This document shows positions 10,142 through 20,689 of a DNA stretch of 64,000 bases, in pieces. Source of the stretch: a virus. The first letter of the stretch is position 1. Each line of letters opens with the position of its first letter. The DNA is taken from IMG/VR virus record IMGVR_UViG_3300025000_000064, positions 1 through 64,000 of that record; one strand, 5' to 3'. The notes below the pieces were generated by a model. That model was not told the origin of the DNA. It ran no database searches and worked only from the letters and a program-made list of their open reading frames with translations. The position numbers were made by a program, and so were the translations under genes.

Positions 10142-10615
10142 TTATATTAAATCTGTTTTCTTTGATAAATCAGCAACGGTATTAGCAACACCGATTAAAG
10201 TAAACTCTAAAGAATTCAATTCACCTTGTATGGTTTCTTTAGGGTAGCCTTGTATTAAACCTGTAAAGTTTCTTACAAAATAGTCTAATGGATGCTTATA
10301 AGCAGCATTTATTTGTACCGCTAAAGTTCCAGCTCTTTGTGCTTCAAGAATAGTTGACAAATAAACAGATAGTGGAGTTCCTTTCATTGCTGAAAGAGTT
10401 ATTGTATGCTTTCTACTATTTTTAGTGGAAAACTCTGCATATTTACCAGTTAAATCTTCTTTTAATGTTACCAAATCAGTTGGTCCATCTATTCCTATTT
10501 GGCTTCCTTCTTCCACACCGCTTTGAACAGCATCAAAGTTAGTTGCACCAGGGACGTTAGATGTTATGACTAAAGAAACATCTTTTACGTTATAAAAATT
10601 TGTATTGTTTCCCAT
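10142..10615 (-). CDS. Tail tube protein
   Basis: 157 aa after sheath; YN.KDV.L, TITL, P.....GE...LEFT pattern (DUF3277-like). Confidence 0.75.
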   Translation of the reverse strand: MGNNTNFYNVKDVSLVITSNVPGATNFDAVQSGVEEGSQIGIDGPTDLVTLKEDLTGKYAEFSTKNSRKHTITLSAMKGTPLSVYLSTILEAQRAGTLAVQINAAYKHPLDYFVRNFTGLIQGYPKETIQGELNSLEFTLIGVANTVADLSKKTDLI

Positions 10616-10639
10616 TTTTTATTCCTTTATTTTTTATTA

Positions 10640-11794
10640 TTAAACAGCCATATCTACATCAACTTCAACTTTATGAATAGCTGAAGAGTATCTTACTTTT
10701 ACAGTTATTGTTTTAAATATTCTTAAATTTTTATTAGCTGTAGAAATATCTGCAACTTTAGGAATTATAATTTCGTAAGGAATAGTGTTATTTGCTCCCC
10801 TTGTATCTTTTTTAACATATGATGCAAGTCTGCCACCAGCTAATTCAATATCTAATATTGTTTTAATTGCAGCTTCTAATTGGTTTCCACCTTCGTCAGT
10901 ATAAGGAATTTTGTCTCCGTTAGCAGGATTTTTTAATACTAAAGATATTTCTGATTCCAATTGGTCTTTTAAATAATAACCATATCTTTGAACATCTATA
11001 AACCTTCCAGAAACAGCAGTTCCTTCAGCAACAATATCTCCAACTTTTGATTCTTGCTGAATGTTACAATATTTACCCTTAAGATTTGTTATGTTGGTTG
11101 TGGTTAATCTAGCAACTCCAAGAGTGGTTGAATCAACAGCGGTTATGCCGTTTAATGTCATGAACTTTTGTGTTTCAGAACCAGGTTGTGTTGCTCCCCA
11201 TCTTGAAGCCAAAGCTGCATCTGCATAAGTTCCTGCAACTGGATTAAATATAGCTTCTGTGTTATGATAATTAGCAGCTCCAAGAACACTGACTATATCA
11301 GAAGAGCCACTTCCTTTAACATCAGAATCAGAAGTCTGGAATATATATACTCTATTATTAGCTTCTGCCCATACTGCGTTAGCTGTTATTTCCACACTTG
11401 TATTATCTGAATCAACATCAACAAGAATAAACCAATTTGGATTTTCGTCTATGATAGCATTTAAAGAAGTTCCTCTTGCTGTGTCTGCTGCTCTTGCTTG
11501 ACCAACAATAACTGAAGCTGGAACAATATCTTGAGAAAATATTGCAGAAGCAGCTAAATAAATAGCAGAAGTAGCCCTAAAGTATGTTGCGACATCTGCA
11601 AGTGATGTAAATTCCATCGTTCTTACAGGATTACCACTAACCAATCCATCATCTGTAAAATATTTTCCTGCAACGAGAGGCAGTGTAGCATTGTCGGTAT
11701 ATTCAAACTCGTCTAAAATAAGAGGAGTTGAAAAATCTGTTTGTGTAGCAACTGCATCAGAAACAGTTAGTGTTATAGTTAAAAAATCTGACAT
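10640..11794 (-). CDS. Tail sheath protein (DUF3383-like)
   Basis: AIFSQ...P...IVG, KFMTLNGIT, EG...SGRFIDV, KIPYTDEG...L, SAIH.V.V motifs. Confidence 0.9.
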   Translation of the reverse strand: MSDFLTITLTVSDAVATQTDFSTPLILDEFEYTDNATLPLVAGKYFTDDGLVSGNPVRTMEFTSLADVATYFRATSAIYLAASAIFSQDIVPASVIVGQARAADTARGTSLNAIIDENPNWFILVDVDSDNTSVEITANAVWAEANNRVYIFQTSDSDVKGSGSSDIVSVLGAANYHNTEAIFNPVAGTYADAALASRWGATQPGSETQKFMTLNGITAVDSTTLGVARLTTTNITNLKGKYCNIQQESKVGDIVAEGTAVSGRFIDVQRYGYYLKDQLESEISLVLKNPANGDKIPYTDEGGNQLEAAIKTILDIELAGGRLASYVKKDTRGANNTIPYEIIIPKVADISTANKNLRIFKTITVKVRYSSAIHKVEVDVDMAV

Positions 11795-11808
11795 TTGTTG
11801 TCTCCATT

Positions 11809-12366
11809 TTATGTTATATCTTCATAGTCCACATTTATATTTAAAGTGAATTCATTAGTGTCTAAGTCATAATCAGTATCAATATCCAAATCTGTTTCTA
11901 CTGATTCTATTGGGAATATTGTTTCAGTCGTGTAAACCAATATGTTAAACTGAATATCTACTTGTGCTTGAGGTAAAAAATCTGTGAAATTAAAATCATT
12001 GCTTATTTTTATTTGCCCTGTTTTTCCATATCCTAGATATGCCGTATCTCTTAAATAGTTTATCCATTCTCCATGAATAGAATTTGTTGTTTTTAATATA
12101 TTTGAAGTGCAACTATCTCCATATATAGTTATTCTTGCACTTAATGTTTTATGATTCTTTATCGTTGAAGTCGTTGCTCCGCTATTTATTTCTTTCCAAG
12201 GTGTCCCTTTATTAGATATATTTATAAATTCTATTGTAAAATATTCATCTAAAGAAGGTGTCTTCTTTCCTACATAGAACCCATCTAATGACGTTACTGA
12301 TTTTATCCAGTATATTAAATGCGATTCAAAAACCTCTATGTTTGTTCCAGTAAAAGCATTAGACAT
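11809..12366 (-). CDS. Neck / tail terminator protein
   Basis: 185 aa directly before sheath; I.IYG..C, AQVDIQF. Confidence 0.6.
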   Translation of the reverse strand: MSNAFTGTNIEVFESHLIYWIKSVTSLDGFYVGKKTPSLDEYFTIEFINISNKGTPWKEINSGATTSTIKNHKTLSARITIYGDSCTSNILKTTNSIHGEWINYLRDTAYLGYGKTGQIKISNDFNFTDFLPQAQVDIQFNILVYTTETIFPIESVETDLDIDTDYDLDTNEFTLNINVDYEDIT

Positions 12367-12367
12367 A

Positions 12368-12799
12368 TTATTGTTTTTCCTGTAATAGGGCTAACCCTTC
12401 GCTATACACATATTCTTCTTCGTAAGAATTATCAAATTTAGAATAATATCTATCTGTCCACTCAAATACTTCATACGTCTTACTTTGATAAGTAATTAAA
12501 TCTTTTTCGGTTAAAGCATTCTCTGTTGTTGACTTAATCTTTATAACTCCCTTTAATAAAGAGCCTCTTTTTTCAAAATCTATAAAGTTTTTATCTTTTA
12601 TATCATTAGCAGAAGGAAATTGTATATTTAATAATTTACTGGAAGAGGTTGGTGTCCTTGCAGTTAATTTGCCGTAATTAGCATTTGTAGAAGGAGTCCC
12701 TGTAAAGTCAGCTTCGTCATCTCCAGAATAAGTTGTAACTGTGTAATAAGAAGATACTTTATTAATAGCGTCTTGTATTTTATCTTTTATTACACCCAT
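12368..12799 (-). CDS. Head closure protein
   Basis: Position; D.ITYQ.K.YEV..W pattern. Confidence 0.55.
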   Translation of the reverse strand: MGVIKDKIQDAINKVSSYYTVTTYSGDDEADFTGTPSTNANYGKLTARTPTSSSKLLNIQFPSANDIKDKNFIDFEKRGSLLKGVIKIKSTTENALTEKDLITYQSKTYEVFEWTDRYYSKFDNSYEEEYVYSEGLALLQEKQ

Positions 12800-12806
12800 T
12801 ATTTAC

Positions 12807-13364
12807 CTATTTCTTGTTTGCTTTCATTCGCATATCTTTTTTAACTTCAAAGTCAATTGCATTATATAATTGTTCTGTTTCTATTAACGGTATATTGTGA
12901 CCTTTTTTAAACACTGTTATATATTCGTTCAATGGCACTCCGTTAAAGGTTTTTATTGCATCTTGCACTTCGCTTTTACAGAACTTACCAATTTGTTTTA
13001 GGAAATTATCTGCATTATTAGAGCCAACCCATAATAATTTAAACTGAGTTCTCATAACATCTAACAGAGAGCCTTTTATGTTCATTGTACCGCTAAAAAA
13101 GAAAGCTCTTGATGGAATAGTTATTTTTGTCCCTCTGAAAAGCCATCTTATTTCTCCGCTAGTATTTGTTATTGCAACATTGCTCTTTAGTTTAAAACTT
13201 CTGCCTTCTTCATGTATTCTGGCTATTTGCCCAACAGATAGATTGCTATTATTGTGTTTCTCTTTCGCTTTGTTTCCGAATATCCCAAACTTAACAGATG
13301 AATTATGTAGAGAGTTTAAAGAATTTATCTTTTTTAATAAACCACTCTTATCTAACTTAGCCAT
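12807..13364 (-). CDS. Neck / tail completion protein
   Basis: V.FGIFG, IARIHE.G, IPSR.F, KG.N.PLI.T.QL.NAI.F motifs. Confidence 0.75.
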   Translation of the reverse strand: MAKLDKSGLLKKINSLNSLHNSSVKFGIFGNKAKEKHNNSNLSVGQIARIHEEGRSFKLKSNVAITNTSGEIRWLFRGTKITIPSRAFFFSGTMNIKGSLLDVMRTQFKLLWVGSNNADNFLKQIGKFCKSEVQDAIKTFNGVPLNEYITVFKKGHNIPLIETEQLYNAIDFEVKKDMRMKANKK

Positions 13365-13818
13365 TATCTAAATCCGATAATTGATGAACAGGAAAGGTGT
13401 CGAATACATCAACTGGAAAATCATCTGATTTAAGAACGCCATCTGCTCTGCTTTGTAAATTACTATTTAAATCAGTATTATAAACACCGCCAAAGAAGAA
13501 ATCAGGCAATTCATCAGGGTCTAATCCCATTGTGATAGCATGCTCTAATTGTTTAGCTAATTCTAAGTACTTACTGGCTTTAGATATTCCAGAATCTTTT
13601 ATTGATATGTCATCAACTTTAATGTCAGAAGAAGAACTCATTGTATATTTAGAATGTAGTGCATAGCATGCTTGAATCATTGCTCTTGTTACACTGCCAA
13701 AAATATCTATTAAAGCAGTTATTTCATCATCTTGAAATATAGGATTGTCTGAATCTGTATCCCACATTCTTAATCTGAATTTGCCTATATTTGTTGATAA
13801 ATCATAAGTAAAAGACAT
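13357..13818 (-). CDS. Head-tail adaptor
   Basis: MSFTY......GK.RL...DTD...P.FQDDEI..L pattern. Confidence 0.7.
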   Translation of the reverse strand: MSFTYDLSTNIGKFRLRMWDTDSDNPIFQDDEITALIDIFGSVTRAMIQACYALHSKYTMSSSSDIKVDDISIKDSGISKASKYLELAKQLEHAITMGLDPDELPDFFFGGVYNTDLNSNLQSRADGVLKSDDFPVDVFDTFPVHQLSDLDNG

Positions 13819-13819
13819 G

Positions 13820-14383
13820 TTATACCTTATTATTTAGATATGTTAAAATTATAAAGTTTACCGTTTTAATATTTTCTTGTTTTATTATTTTTACTGGAGA
13901 CACTCTTTTTTCTCCAATAATTTGTTTGCCTTCTTTTTTAGATGATAAAATATCCCATACTTCTTTAGAAGATATATTAAAGCATTTTGCTATTTCGTGT
14001 ATTTTATAATCTAAATTTTCGTCAAGTATTTTGACATTAGTTTTTTTATTTTTTATTTCTGTTTCTAATTTTAAAGATACTTTTTTAACTATTGTTCCAT
14101 TTATTATTAACTTCTCTAAGTTGGGCATATTTGAAACATCTAATACGTCACCATATTTTTTCTTTTCGCCACCATAGAAAGAATTATTTATTCCAACAAT
14201 ATAATCAATTTTATATTTACTATTATCGGATTCAATAGGAACAATCCATTTAGCCAAAACAAATCTTTTATGATTTAAGTTATTGGGTTCATAATAAAAT
14301 ATGTCGCCAGAATAATATCTTTTATCTAATGCAAAATTTTGTTTTACTTCATAAGGTATCTGAATAACTTTATACTGTATCAT
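13820..14383 (-). CDS. Hypothetical protein with two Y..GD repeats and a C-terminal HTH-like segment
   Basis: KRYYSGDIF / KKKYGDVL; KIHEIAKCFNISSKEVWDIL. Confidence 0.55.
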   Translation of the reverse strand: MIQYKVIQIPYEVKQNFALDKRYYSGDIFYYEPNNLNHKRFVLAKWIVPIESDNSKYKIDYIVGINNSFYGGEKKKYGDVLDVSNMPNLEKLIINGTIVKKVSLKLETEIKNKKTNVKILDENLDYKIHEIAKCFNISSKEVWDILSSKKEGKQIIGEKRVSPVKIIKQENIKTVNFIILTYLNNKV

Positions 14384-14463
14384 ATAATTCCCATCAATTT
14401 TATCACTATATTATTATATTGCTGGGAGCTAAATTAATAACTCCCACACAACATATTGTATAA

Positions 14464-15408
14464 CTAAGGGGTCATAACTGTTTTTATTTTTAAGCCAAGA
14501 CATGTTGCTTTAACAACAGGCATGAAATATCCTTTTGTTCTTAAGATATCGCATTCTGCATCTTCGTCTCTACCTTCTAACATATTGATTAGGTTTCCAC
14601 CATATATAGGATCATTACAATATATGATTTGAGCAGCACCAGGAGCATTGATAGCACTAACGCCTCTGTGGTAAACCAAGATTGTATTGGTTGCTTGATA
14701 AGAAGCCGTTTGTGTTGCGTTGCCTTTATTAGCAGTGTTTTCTACACCTTTGGCAACAAAAACATTTTGAACTCCGAATAACTCAGCCAACGCAGCATCA
14801 GAAGCGGTTCTAAGACCAACATTCTGACCAATTCTACCAATAATATCAGCATGATTTCTAAGTTTTCTATGAACATCTTTTGTTAAAAGAATAGAATCAG
14901 CAGGAAGACCAGTTGTTTGACCAACATAATCAACATATTCTGTGATAACACCAATTGGGTCTCCAGATGTTGCGTCATCAAGATAAGTAAAATCAGAATT
15001 GCCAGTTTTGGTATTGTCAAATATGCTATCAGCTAATACTTTATCAATGGTTAATTTATCAATATATCTATATGCATCAACGATAGAAATATTTGCTTCC
15101 ATTTGCATTGCATTAGAAATTCTTTTTTTCTTTTCGTCTGCAATTGAAACGTCAACACCATGTTTGTAAAGTTCAATGGTTTTCCATTCTAAATCTCTGC
15201 TTACTTTTTTGAATGCAGAACCAGGTGCTACTCTTTCCATGGTTGTTCTTAAAACATCTTCTAATTTATATTGAGGATAAGAACCGTATTCATCAGGAGA
15301 AGAAACTAATGGAAATGCTGAAGTTGCGAAGAAATCACTTGTGTCTTGAAGAAATCCAAGAGCTGTATCTGTGATTAGTTTATTAAATTTTAAATCTGTT
15401 ACTGACAT
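14464..15408 (-). CDS. Major capsid protein
   Basis: 314 aa after cement gene; LTD.ALGF.Q...F.A...FP.V, H..I..RI, A..L..LFGV motifs (lambda gpE-like). Confidence 0.85.
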   Translation of the reverse strand: MSVTDLKFNKLITDTALGFLQDTSDFFATSAFPLVSSPDEYGSYPQYKLEDVLRTTMERVAPGSAFKKVSRDLEWKTIELYKHGVDVSIADEKKKRISNAMQMEANISIVDAYRYIDKLTIDKVLADSIFDNTKTGNSDFTYLDDATSGDPIGVITEYVDYVGQTTGLPADSILLTKDVHRKLRNHADIIGRIGQNVGLRTASDAALAELFGVQNVFVAKGVENTANKGNATQTASYQATNTILVYHRGVSAINAPGAAQIIYCNDPIYGGNLINMLEGRDEDAECDILRTKGYFMPVVKATCLGLKIKTVMTP

Positions 15409-15435
15409 TTATGTTTTCCTTCTATTTATTTACTA

Positions 15436-15825
15436 TTAATACACAAAGAATCTAAGTTGAACTGGAATGAAATCTCCTGCAACGCCAGTGCCAAGAGCTA
15501 CAGCTACAACATTATCTGTTCCACTACCAAGAGATGTTACTAATGCTCCGTTGGAATCTGTTTTTAAGAAATCTCCAACTGTTGCTCCACCAGTTCCCAA
15601 TATAGCCATTTCAACAGAACCAGAAACAACAACGCAAACTTCGTCTCCAGATTGTCTTCCACCATCTTCAACAATACCAATTACGTTTGCAGCATTAGCA
15701 CCAGCCAATGTAACTTTTGGTTGTTTGTTGAATCCAATAGTGGCATTAACATATACAGCGTAACCTTTTTTGGCTGAATAGTCTGCTTGGCTTATAAAAG
15801 ATTTTGTTACTTTTGTGTTATCCAT
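15436..15825 (-). CDS. Capsid cement/decoration protein (DUF2190-like)
   Basis: Gly/Ala/Val-rich 129 aa; GD.L..D.NG...., A.AL..G.AGD.I.V. Confidence 0.8.
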   Translation of the reverse strand: MDNTKVTKSFISQADYSAKKGYAVYVNATIGFNKQPKVTLAGANAANVIGIVEDGGRQSGDEVCVVVSGSVEMAILGTGGATVGDFLKTDSNGALVTSLGSGTDNVVAVALGTGVAGDFIPVQLRFFVY

Positions 15826-15850
15826 TTTTTAATTTTCCTTCTATTTGCTA

Positions 15851-16630
15851 TTATTTATTTAATCTATACAATGCTTGTTCTACAGTTATGCCATCTTTTT
15901 TAGACATCTCTTCTGCTTTTACTCTAAGTTCTTTTTCTTTTTTAGCCATTTCGTCTTCAATGGCATCTCCAGAAGATGTTCCTAATTCTTTAGTTAGGTC
16001 AGTATTTGCTTCTGCCTCTTTTTTAAGATTTTCAAGCAATTCATTTCTTAATTCTTCGTCTTCGATTGCTTCAATCTTTCTTAGTTTAGAGCCTATTTCT
16101 TCAGGTGTTCCAGATAAGCCAATATAATCAACTGCTTTTGCTGTATATTGAGCAACAATTAATTCTTCCGCTTTATTGGCTTCTTCTGATTCTTTAGCTA
16201 ACAATTTGGCTTCAAGTTCTTCTTTTAAAACTTTAACTGATGCTAATTCGTCAACCAATACTTGCTTTTCTGCTTTTTCTGACTCTAGTGAAGCTTTGAT
16301 TTCTTCAAGTTCAACATTGGCTTCAGGTTTTTTACCGAAATTTTCAACTGCTAATGCAATTTTTTCCAGTAGGGTAATTTGTTTTTCGTCCATTATTTCT
16401 AAATTCTCCGTATTGACATCTGTGATTTCATTTAAAGCATTTTCATTACTTGTAACAGATGCACTATTATCTTCTACACTATTTGTCTGTGATGTGTTAC
16501 TTTTTATAGTTGAAATAGGTATGTTATCAAAAGATATTTTCTGCAATAAATTATTTTCTTTAGGTAACATGTCTTCTATTTTTTTAATATTATTTTCTTC
16601 TTTTTGTTTAATAAATTTTTGCCAAAACAT
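15851..16630 (-). CDS. Capsid scaffold protein
   Basis: Long Glu/Lys coiled coil between protease and cement; true start uncertain. Confidence 0.65.
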   Translation of the reverse strand: MFWQKFIKQKEENNIKKIEDMLPKENNLLQKISFDNIPISTIKSNTSQTNSVEDNSASVTSNENALNEITDVNTENLEIMDEKQITLLEKIALAVENFGKKPEANVELEEIKASLESEKAEKQVLVDELASVKVLKEELEAKLLAKESEEANKAEELIVAQYTAKAVDYIGLSGTPEEIGSKLRKIEAIEDEELRNELLENLKKEAEANTDLTKELGTSSGDAIEDEMAKKEKELRVKAEEMSKKDGITVEQALYRLNK

Positions 16631-17256
16631 TAGCTCACCTCTTCGTTTGGATATGTTTCAGGGTCTTCCTTCGGCTCTGTTTCTATATTTGCTTGTTTCC
16701 ATTTAAGCAATAAGTCATCCATATTTTTTAATTTATTTATTCCGCCAACTTCATTAAAGAATCCCATCTTTACTGCATCTTCACCAAAGAATGATAAATC
16801 TGCATTAAAATTGTCCTTTATAAGACCTTTTGTATATCCAGATTTCCTTTTGGCTGCTTTGTCACATTTATCATAAACAAACTTATCAGCCATTTGATTC
16901 AATAGTTTTGATTCTGATTCTACATCTGCTGCCTTGCCCCAAGCACAACCACTAGGCTGATGAATCATAAACTCGGTATTTGGACCTATGAATCTCAGTC
17001 CATCAGAGCCAGACATTGCTAATGCTGCTCCACATGATGCAACTACGCCTGTTGCAACTGTCATTATTGGTTTTTCACTAGTATCTATACAATCTAAAAT
17101 TTCCGCAAGGGCTGAGACATAACCTCCAAAAGAGTTTACCTCAATTGGAATTATTGGTTGCTCGCTATCATGTATCATCCTAAATACTCTAACAAAATAA
17201 TCTGATGTAATCGGATGGAATGGATAATTAAATCTAATATATTGTATTTCTGCCAT
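16630..17256 (-). CDS. ClpP-like prohead protease
   Basis: INS.GG.V, G..AS.G (catalytic Ser), FMIHQP (catalytic His). Confidence 0.9.
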   Translation of the reverse strand: MAEIQYIRFNYPFHPITSDYFVRVFRMIHDSEQPIIPIEVNSFGGYVSALAEILDCIDTSEKPIMTVATGVVASCGAALAMSGSDGLRFIGPNTEFMIHQPSGCAWGKAADVESESKLLNQMADKFVYDKCDKAAKRKSGYTKGLIKDNFNADLSFFGEDAVKMGFFNEVGGINKLKNMDDLLLKWKQANIETEPKEDPETYPNEEVS

Positions 17257-17341
17257 TTTAAACTCTCTTTGGTTTTGGTTTACATTTGCCTTTTGAAATT
17301 CTCAATTTTTTCTCCTAAATATATAAAAATATGATTATTTT

Positions 17342-18754
17342 TTACAGAGGAAGCCCAAACGATTCTGCTTCCCCATTTATGAAATCGCCTTCAGCATGTT
17401 CGTCAACCGCTTGGCTGTTCCCTTTTGTATCTGAATTAGCATTTGCACTTGTGTTATTTGTGGTAGCATTTGATTTGTTAAGTTCATTTTTAAGTTTGTT
17501 GAATGAATTTTCATCAATGGTTGGAAATCCAGCTCCCATAAACTTTTTCATTAAGTAGTTGTATTGCTCTGCGTTTCCTATACTTCTAATCCATTGTCCT
17601 GCTGACTGAATAAGTAGCGCAGCTTCTATATTTAATAATTCAGATAAGTTTTCATGCTGTAGATAAGGCAATTTATCATATTTTATATTGTTTACTTCTA
17701 ATAATATCGGTATTAGTTTTTTATTAACTTGGTATTTTATAATATCCATTAAAGATGCAACAAATGATGAAAATATTCTTATTTTAGGTTGAATCAATCC
17801 ACCTGTTCCACCAGACTTTAATCCCAATAATAGGAAATCACTTAATAGGTTTGTTGCAATATATCTATCACATCTGTCAATGATTAAACTTGTATCTTTT
17901 GTTAAATCTCCTTCTATTTTTAGAGTATCTAAATCATAATATTCTTCAGAAGGGAATAACATACATGTGTCTTTGGCATTAGAGATATTAGACAATGATT
18001 TCTTTAATTTTTCTAATAAGTCAACGACTTTTGGTTCTTTGGAAGATAACATAGTGGCTGGAACTTTTGCTACAATGTTTCCTCTTGCATCTTTACTAAC
18101 TCTGATTCTTTCTTGGCTTTCAATGAATTTCTTTGTATAATATGCAGGAAAACAATTTCTCGTTAGGGCTATTCCTTCATAAGAGCCATCTACATCATCT
18201 AATTTACAGTGAAGTAATTTATTATACGGAATAGTATATTTATTTAAGTTATTAGGGTCTTGTTGGACTATCCCATTTATGTTATCATTATTATCAACAA
18301 TCCATTCATATGTTGTTGAGGCTAATCTTTTAGCTAATTTTTTAAGAACATATCTTCCGTCTTTTTTTCTTTTCTTTAAAACTATTTCAGATAAAGAAAA
18401 TCCATAAGTAAACATTGAACCCAATGTAAATTTTACAAACTCAGAAAAATCGCCCTCTAAATCTTCAAATAAATTTTCTCTTATGAATTCAGAAGCTTTT
18501 CTATCTCGTAATGAATCGCTTCCTTCTTTAACGCTCCATTCTCCTTTAGCACCCAAAATGGTAGTCATTTTATAGTTAGCACCTATAAATGGGTCATTAA
18601 CGACCATCTCTTTATACCATTTATATTTTTTATCGCCACGCAATAACTCTAAAGTTTCATCATCTATCTTGATATTACCAGAGCCACCATAGGAAAATGA
18701 TTTTATGCCTATTTCGCCTATTTCTGATATATAATCTTTTTGTTTAGTTGGCAT
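17342..18754 (-). CDS. Portal protein (DUF935-like)
   Basis: M..ND..IGA, GFS..EIV, G..L.R.C...Y..K, IA..LL..FL.LG; follows TerL. Confidence 0.85.
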   Translation of the reverse strand: MPTKQKDYISEIGEIGIKSFSYGGSGNIKIDDETLELLRGDKKYKWYKEMVVNDPFIGANYKMTTILGAKGEWSVKEGSDSLRDRKASEFIRENLFEDLEGDFSEFVKFTLGSMFTYGFSLSEIVLKKRKKDGRYVLKKLAKRLASTTYEWIVDNNDNINGIVQQDPNNLNKYTIPYNKLLHCKLDDVDGSYEGIALTRNCFPAYYTKKFIESQERIRVSKDARGNIVAKVPATMLSSKEPKVVDLLEKLKKSLSNISNAKDTCMLFPSEEYYDLDTLKIEGDLTKDTSLIIDRCDRYIATNLLSDFLLLGLKSGGTGGLIQPKIRIFSSFVASLMDIIKYQVNKKLIPILLEVNNIKYDKLPYLQHENLSELLNIEAALLIQSAGQWIRSIGNAEQYNYLMKKFMGAGFPTIDENSFNKLKNELNKSNATTNNTSANANSDTKGNSQAVDEHAEGDFINGEAESFGLPL

Positions 18755-18765
18755 ATTTCTTCCTA

Positions 18766-20541
18766 TTAACTAAATACTGAGAATGAAAAATTATTTGCTG
18801 CGAATAATAAATCTGAATTTGTTCTTGCTGTTGCCATCAATAATGAAGACAATTCATCTGGAGATTTCTTTAATACTTTTTTTAATTCATCGTTTGATAT
18901 AACTTGAATTTGATTTTTAGCATTTTTCTTATAGACCATTGCAGCCAATGCTTTTTTTAAATCTTCTGAGAACTTTAATAATATTGGAGGCTTTTCTGAA
19001 TTTCTTGGGTCGAGCATTTCTCTCAACCTCCACATATTTTCATCTCTCTTACAGTAAAACTGTTTTTTTAAATCTTCTGTTTCTTTAACCTGTTCACTGG
19101 TAATTGCGTTTTCGTATCCGCAACCTCCACCAGATTGTATTTTTATAATAGGTAAGTTATAATCAGAAATACATATATCTGCTATTGGATTACCTATTGC
19201 ATCTCTTTCAATTCTTATTTCTTTTGGCTTATATGTTTCATAAACTTCTTTTATTTTTTCAATCAACGGTCTTGCAGATAAGTTAAATTGTTCTCTGTAT
19301 ATTTCTTTGTTTCCGTTTAATATTGAGATACTTGAGTTATCTGCTCCTAATCCTGCTGCAACGTCAACTCCCATTATTATGTCGCCAACTATATGTTTAT
19401 CAGGATTATTGTAATTGTTGAAAGATTGAATATACCAATCATAAGGGAATAAAGAAGCGTCATTTTCGTCTGGGAATTCTGCTAAAACCCTTGTCTTGAA
19501 TTCGTAGTGTTGTGGGTTCATGCCACAAGAGAACAATTCATCATATACTTCAAAGGGATTTACAATATGTGTGCAGAATGGTAATACTATTTTTGCTATT
19601 TGTTTATGAAGAGAATCTTGAGCTGGAGTTTTTATTTTTTTATGAGGAAATACTTCTTTTATTTTTACTTCAAGCTCTTCAATTGAGTTTATATTAAGTG
19701 GAGCAAAATCAGATATATTGGTTTCTTTATATTTTGTGATAACATATCTGTCAATTTTATTTCGCCAATAAGATTTATCGTTTTCTTCTTTTAAATAATC
19801 TTCTAATTTTAAATCTAGTTCTATAAAAACATGTGTCTGGAAAGCAGATATGTGAACTTTGTGATATGTGGAGTTGTTTCCAAATGATTCGTAAAACTGT
19901 CCACTTTTTCCATCTGGTAATGTAGTGTTGCCTATCATTACCTGTTTTACTATTGCCCCAGACTTTGTTATTCCTTTAAAATCAGAATAAGCCGTCTCTG
20001 TAACGCCTTGTGCTTCATCATAGATAACCAAAACATAAGTTCCATGCTTTCCTGATAGTTGGTTATCTTTTTTGTTAGATGTTACACCTTTTATATAATC
20101 TTTTTTTCTATTAGGTAAAGATATTTGAGCTACATTTCTGTCTCCAGATACTTTGCCTACAAATTTTACACCTTCACCAAATTTTTCAGTTATATGTGTG
20201 TTTGCTGATTCTATGAATTGACATACTTGAGAAAATATATTGTCTCTTACTTGGTCAAATGATGGAGCTGTAAATATTATTATTACATTCCTATCTGGAT
20301 TAGGGTCTAAATAACAAAAGAAAAACCAAAGTATTAAAGCTGACAAGATATATGATTTTCCCGAAGAATTGCAAGACCTGATAGATACTTTTTCAAAATC
20401 TCTTATCGCATCTATTATCTGTTTTTGGTGGATTGGGAGCTTTATTCCTAACACTTCTTCTAAAAATAAATTAGGGTATTCTCTCCAAACAGGTCTTCTC
20501 TCGTAGAAACTTATTAATTCTTTTTGTTTGTCTCTTGACAT
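18766..20541 (-). CDS. terL: Terminase large subunit
   Basis: RSCNSSGKS Walker A, TAPSFDQV, IYDEAQG Walker B, GVDVA.G.G.D.S nuclease, KKSPDE. Confidence 0.95.
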   Translation of the reverse strand: MSRDKQKELISFYERRPVWREYPNLFLEEVLGIKLPIHQKQIIDAIRDFEKVSIRSCNSSGKSYILSALILWFFFCYLDPNPDRNVIIIFTAPSFDQVRDNIFSQVCQFIESANTHITEKFGEGVKFVGKVSGDRNVAQISLPNRKKDYIKGVTSNKKDNQLSGKHGTYVLVIYDEAQGVTETAYSDFKGITKSGAIVKQVMIGNTTLPDGKSGQFYESFGNNSTYHKVHISAFQTHVFIELDLKLEDYLKEENDKSYWRNKIDRYVITKYKETNISDFAPLNINSIEELEVKIKEVFPHKKIKTPAQDSLHKQIAKIVLPFCTHIVNPFEVYDELFSCGMNPQHYEFKTRVLAEFPDENDASLFPYDWYIQSFNNYNNPDKHIVGDIIMGVDVAAGLGADNSSISILNGNKEIYREQFNLSARPLIEKIKEVYETYKPKEIRIERDAIGNPIADICISDYNLPIIKIQSGGGCGYENAITSEQVKETEDLKKQFYCKRDENMWRLREMLDPRNSEKPPILLKFSEDLKKALAAMVYKKNAKNQIQVISNDELKKVLKKSPDELSSLLMATARTNSDLLFAANNFSFSVFS

Positions 20542-20562
20542 ACATTCTCGATATGTTATAAT
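20535..20562 (+). promoter_or_regulatory. Sigma70-consensus promoter overlapping the terL start codon, pointing away from terL
   Basis: TTGACA (20535-40), 16 nt ending TGt, TATAAT (20557-62). Confidence 0.5.
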
Positions 20563-20689
20563 AAAAATGGAAAAGTGAAGAAGGAATATAATTTAAATAT
20601 ATGTACAAATGATATAATCATTTTATGTACCAGTTTATTCCCTCATTTTCACAAATATTCCAAATAAAATATTTTACCCTCTATTATAT

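Noticed and set aside
14423-14446. Terminator after the major capsid gene
   Set aside because: GGGAG/CTCCC stem is present but has no U-tract on the minus strand; not confident enough to call
19590-19830. Intein in TerL
   Set aside because: No Cys/Ser start with His-Asn end and no LAGLIDADG motif
1455-20247. Plus-strand and alternate-frame ORFs inside the virion operon (e.g. 3480-3776, 7462-7770, 9599-9949, 16176-16706)
   Set aside because: Shadows of well-supported minus-strand genes, Ser/Phe/Ile-rich, no motifs
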